From IMG/VR virus record IMGVR_UViG_3300045988_180880, positions 1 to 64,000 of that record: a stretch of 64,000 nucleotides of DNA. One strand, 5' to 3'. The position numbers and the translations under genes are program-made. Positions 61,628 through 64,000 of the stretch are shown piece by piece (the first letter of the stretch is position 1; every line of letters begins with the position of its first letter). This stretch comes from a virus. The notes below the pieces were generated by a model. It was given only the letters and a program-made list of their open reading frames with translations. It was not told the DNA's origin and made no database searches.

Positions 61628-61931
61628 AACATTAATTACTGCTTTAATTACAGCAGGAACACTATTTCTAACAAAAATAATGTTAGATGATGTGATATTA
61701 AGAACTAAAAAAGATGAACTAGAAAGAAGACTCGAAGACGCTATGAGAAATTATGAAGGTGATTCGAGAAAGCTTACAGAAAAAGAAAAAGATGAGGTTA
61801 ATAAAGAGTACGATTCTTTATGTGCTAAACTAGTGAAGAGTTCATATAGTAGTCTCTTCTTAAATAAAAAACTAGAACAAGAAATCGATACTTTCTATTA
61901 TAAATCTCGTAAACTTAAAAGTAGGGTGTAA
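61617..61931 (+). CDS. membrane-anchored hypothetical protein
   Basis: LITALITAGTLFLTKIML followed by a charged helix. Confidence 0.55.
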   Translation: MKSETLITALITAGTLFLTKIMLDDVILRTKKDELERRLEDAMRNYEGDSRKLTEKEKDEVNKEYDSLCAKLVKSSYSSLFLNKKLEQEIDTFYYKSRKLKSRV

Positions 61932-61941
61932 AATCCCTACT
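61920..61941 (+). terminator. intrinsic terminator
   Basis: AGTAGGG-N8-CCCTACT followed by TCTTTTTTT. Confidence 0.7.
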
Positions 61942-61961
61942 TCTTTTTTTATCCTTGAGAA

Positions 61962-61972
61962 CCTTATTAATG
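61962..61972 (+). promoter_or_regulatory. recurrent promoter-like motif CCTTATTAATG
   Basis: 23 nt upstream of ATG 61996. Confidence 0.55.
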
Positions 61973-61995
61973 TTAAATAATAAAAAAAATAAATT

Positions 61996-62724
61996 ATGAT
62001 AGTACTTGGAATGAGCTGTGCAGATATGATAAAAGAGCACAAAAAAGACGAAGAAATAATTGATGAAAAATTAATGGAGATCTTAAATAATAACAAATAT
62101 AAGATCAAGAAAATTTATGATAGAACAAAAAAGCCTGTACCTATAATAGATCGAAAATTGAAAATTAGAGGTACAAATTATAATATTGCAGTAAATGATA
62201 TAAGTTCCCCAAAAGAAAAAATAAAGAAATCATTAATACAATATCATCCATTTATAATAACTAATGATATTTGGTCTGGAAATAAAGTAGCAATGTTCTT
62301 TATAGAGTCATGTGCGAGATACGAATCAAAAACACTGGTAATGTTACTGGAGCCGCACCTTATAAAAAGATATCGTGAGAGATACTTAGAATCAGTGCAA
62401 CCAGAGAAAGTGACATTTGAAGACTTAGTTTCAACCTTTCTGAAAAGAAATCGAATATATTTCAACTTAGAGTATTTTCCCATTTTTGATAAGAAAGATC
62501 CAAAGAAGTTAATAGATATCAGAACAATAAGTAGAATGAAAGATGGAGTAGTGTTTGGAAGAGTTGAACCTACTGGAATTGTTAGATTTATTACATTTAT
62601 AAATAATAGTCAAGTTAGAAAATCAGATCAAGGAAAATATGTAGAGAATGGATATTATGACAAAATGGTAAAATTATTTCAAGATCCGGAACTTAGAAGA
62701 GAAGATATAATTAAATATTTTTAA
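61996..62724 (+). CDS. hypothetical protein
   Basis: 242-aa ORF. Confidence 0.6.
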   Translation: MIVLGMSCADMIKEHKKDEEIIDEKLMEILNNNKYKIKKIYDRTKKPVPIIDRKLKIRGTNYNIAVNDISSPKEKIKKSLIQYHPFIITNDIWSGNKVAMFFIESCARYESKTLVMLLEPHLIKRYRERYLESVQPEKVTFEDLVSTFLKRNRIYFNLEYFPIFDKKDPKKLIDIRTISRMKDGVVFGRVEPTGIVRFITFINNSQVRKSDQGKYVENGYYDKMVKLFQDPELRREDIIKYF

Positions 62725-62749
62725 AAGGGAGTGAATATAAAACTCCCTT
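62725..62749 (+). terminator. intrinsic terminator
   Basis: AAGGGAG-N11-CTCCCTT followed by CTTTTTTTT. Confidence 0.7.
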
Positions 62750-62762
62750 CTTTTTTTTATTT

Positions 62763-62883
62763 CCGGCCAGTAGATAAAGAAGCCCTGAAAACCTTATATG
62801 TGGCATATTAAAAAAAAATGTTATGATTTTGACTTATAAGCTCTTGGTTCGTGATGAATAGAGGGCTTTTTAATTTTGGCCGG
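62763..62883. repeat. nested inverted repeats CCGGCCA...AAGCCCT // AGGGCTT...TGGCCGG enclosing a promoter motif
   Basis: Outer arms 62763-62769 and 62877-62883. Inner arms 62780-62786 and 62862-62868. The motif CCTTATATGTG at 62792-62802 lies inside. Confidence 0.6.
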
Positions 62884-62900
62884 ATGATATAACTTGAAGG

Positions 62901-62911
62901 CCTTATATATG
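62901..62911 (+). promoter_or_regulatory. recurrent promoter-like motif CCTTATATATG
   Basis: 74 nt upstream of ATG 62986. The leader contains the conserved hairpin. Confidence 0.55.
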
Positions 62912-62935
62912 AGAAAAATAAGTAAATGATAATAC

Positions 62936-62985
62936 ACTCCTTAAGCAATAATAAAAAAGCTTAGGGAGTTTTAAATTTTTATAAT
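62936..62985 (+). promoter_or_regulatory. conserved hairpin leader abutting the start codon, copy 2
   Basis: CTCCTTAAGC-N12-GCTTAGGGAG (62937-62968). Near-identical to 10326-10374. Confidence 0.55.
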
Positions 62986-63513
62986 ATGAAACTAGAAAAA
63001 TTAATAGAAAAAATTGATCGGTGTTTAGGTACTGTATTAGTTATCGTAGGAATTATATTAGTAATTTCAATAGTAATATCACCTGCACCAAAGCCGAAAG
63101 AAATAATTTGGCAATCAGACGAGGAGTATGAATATGAACAATTCCTCGACTCAATAATGAAAGAGGAAGAAGAACTGAAAGACGAAAAGACAATAAAGGT
63201 AACTGCAACTGTCTATAATCCAGTCGAAAGTCAATGTGATTCTGATCCTCTAGTAACAGCAGATAATTCAAAAATTGACCTTGAAAAACTAAATCAAGGA
63301 AAACTTAAATGGATTGCTGTATCTAGAGATCTTAGAAAACAATTTAAATATGGATCAAAAGTAAGAATTAGATGTAAATCAGATCCAAGTATCGATGGAA
63401 TATATGAAGTTAGAGATACCATGAATAAAAGATATAAATTTTGTATAGATATCTTAAAACCCGTCGGAGAAAGTAAGGGGAAATGGCATGACGTCGAAGT
63501 AAGTTCAATATAA
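62986..63513 (+). CDS. membrane-anchored 3D-domain-like peptidoglycan hydrolase (putative endolysin or lytic transglycosylase)
   Basis: N-terminal helix LGTVLVIVGIILVISIVI, then VTATVYNPVESQCDSDPLVTADNSKI...IAVSRDL...GSKVRI...GIYEVRDTMNKRYKFCIDI. Confidence 0.6.
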   Translation: MKLEKLIEKIDRCLGTVLVIVGIILVISIVISPAPKPKEIIWQSDEEYEYEQFLDSIMKEEEELKDEKTIKVTATVYNPVESQCDSDPLVTADNSKIDLEKLNQGKLKWIAVSRDLRKQFKYGSKVRIRCKSDPSIDGIYEVRDTMNKRYKFCIDILKPVGESKGKWHDVEVSSI

Positions 63514-63536
63514 GAAAGGGATTAATTTTCCCTTTC
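63514..63536 (+). terminator. intrinsic terminator
   Basis: GAAAGGG-N9-CCCTTTC followed by TTTTTTTT. Confidence 0.7.
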
Positions 63537-63556
63537 TTTTTTTTATTCCTTAAAAG

Positions 63557-63708
63557 CCTTATATATGTAAAAAAAATAAATGAGCTAGCTCCTAAAGTAT
63601 ATGTGCGAAATATACAAAAGGAACTAGCATTAATTTTTAAGATTAAGAAAAATTCATAGAAAAATACTGGCATTAGAAAAATAACCCAAAATAAACTAGA
63701 CCAGTATT
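63557..63708 (+). promoter_or_regulatory. promoter motif (63557-63567) plus conserved structured 5' leader, copy B
   Basis: Alignable with the reverse complement of 10113-10262. Hairpin GCTAGCTCC..GTATAT..ATATAC..GGAACTAGC at 63584-63628. Confidence 0.5.
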
Positions 63709-63885
63709 ATGAATAAAAATGAAATTATTCAATATGCTATCATTGCTATAATTATAATCGCAGTGATAGTATTTCTAGAGGATTCTGAATTAAAAGATAT
63801 CCTCATAGATATATTCAATGATTCTCTGGCACAAATGAATGTAGACAGAGAAAGACGGAGGTTTAGACGAATGTTTGACGACTGA
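63709..63885 (+). CDS. small single-pass membrane protein with a highly charged C-terminus (holin-like), paralogue of 9936..10103
   Basis: IIQYAIIAIIIIAVIVFL followed by ...DRERRRFRRMFDD. Below the ORF-track cut-off. Confidence 0.55.
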   Translation: MNKNEIIQYAIIAIIIIAVIVFLEDSELKDILIDIFNDSLAQMNVDRERRRFRRMFDD

Positions 63886-63902
63886 CTCTAAACCCACTAC
63901 AA

Positions 63903-63927
63903 CCCTGAGATAGAAAATATCTTGGGG
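63903..63927 (+). terminator. intrinsic terminator
   Basis: CCCTGAGATA-GAAAA-TATCTTGGGG followed by TTTATTTTTT. Confidence 0.65.
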
Positions 63928-64000
63928 TTTATTTTTTCTTAATCTTCATATATTAGAATCTAAAGGATCCTAAAGAGCAAAATGTAACTTATTTATGAGG

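Noticed and set aside
59691-63567. Regularly recurring near-identical short sequences, each with a hairpin, in the 59.6-63.6 kb region could be mistaken for a repeat array or a CRISPR-like locus.
   Set aside because: The units are 11-20 nt promoter motifs paired with unrelated terminator hairpins. Spacing is irregular (roughly 110-750 nt), and every interval is filled by a protein-coding ORF.
2725-63673. About 30 ORF-track ORFs of 60-116 aa lie antisense to, or out of frame within, longer genes. They are 2725..2907, 5412..5621, 9198..9437, 12554..12739, 12781..13014, 12996..13316, 15300..15560, 16269..16490, 18676..18867, 21516..21713, 22322..22585, 24933..25115, 26177..26437, 29137..29355, 33512..33784, 37772..37960, 38982..39173, 39701..39898, 43979..44230, 50263..50592, 55651..55935, 59447..59638, 61426..61632, 61872..62108, 62244..62483, 63053..63271 and 63410..63673.
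   Set aside because: Each is fully or largely embedded in a longer ORF that has recognisable motifs or fits the operon structure. Their products are low-complexity (Ile/Phe/Leu/Ser-rich), as expected from reading AT-rich coding DNA in the wrong frame. None has a promoter motif or terminator of its own.
9936-63885. The inverted duplicate cassettes at about 10 kb and 63.6 kb might be crossover sites for inversion of the intervening 53 kb by the invertase-family recombinase at 17482.
   Set aside because: The copies are diverged, with roughly three-quarters identity by eye over about 110 nt plus a diverged ORF. They contain no recognisable hix/gix-type core, and the distance is far beyond known invertase segments. 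They are better explained as paralogous regulatory and gene cassettes.

Overview
The window is a very AT-rich, densely coding stretch of double-stranded DNA that looks like part of a large virulent phage genome. I did not recognise any cellular housekeeping genes, tRNAs, rRNAs or CRISPR arrays. Most start codons lack a Shine-Dalgarno sequence. Genes lie in alternating strand blocks: mostly minus for 388-11983, mostly plus for 12235-36412, minus for 36649-49459, plus for 49590-53927, minus for 53982-58917 and plus for 58994-63885. Many stop and start codons overlap as ATGA.

Recognisable functions:
- A type II topoisomerase locus. The GyrB-like subunit is broken into three ORFs inside conserved motifs, and three small paralogous genes separate it from the GyrA/gp52-like subunit.
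- An rtcB RNA ligase gene interrupted by an intein (with an insert resembling a LAGLIDADG homing endonuclease) and by a 250-nt group I intron whose P1 helix can be read directly.
- A canonical type III hammerhead ribozyme at 36444-36514.
- KptA/Tpt1 RNA 2'-phosphotransferase and NMN adenylyltransferase in one overlapping operon.
- A PncB-type nicotinate phosphoribosyltransferase, a Nudix hydrolase and a bacterial-type PARG/macrodomain protein (TIGR02452-like).
- Two HNH homing endonucleases, a DUF559-like endonuclease and two serine recombinases (one IS607-type, one small resolvase/invertase).
- An endonuclease V-like protein, two metallophosphoesterases, an M42 peptidase, an AAA+ ATPase, a KilA-N/KilAC protein and a putative lysis pair (a membrane-anchored 3D-domain hydrolase plus a holin-like protein).

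About 30 copies of an 11-nt motif, CCTTAT(A/T)(A/T)(A/G)TG, sit just upstream of genes on the correct strand, often right after terminator hairpins. I read this as a phage-specific promoter.

Other notable structure:
- Several tandem paralogue arrays.
- Duplicated structured 5' leaders.
- A roughly 0.95-kb ORF-free island.
- Clear over-representation of the palindrome CGGCCG in one codon phase.

Most remaining ORFs are hypothetical proteins.
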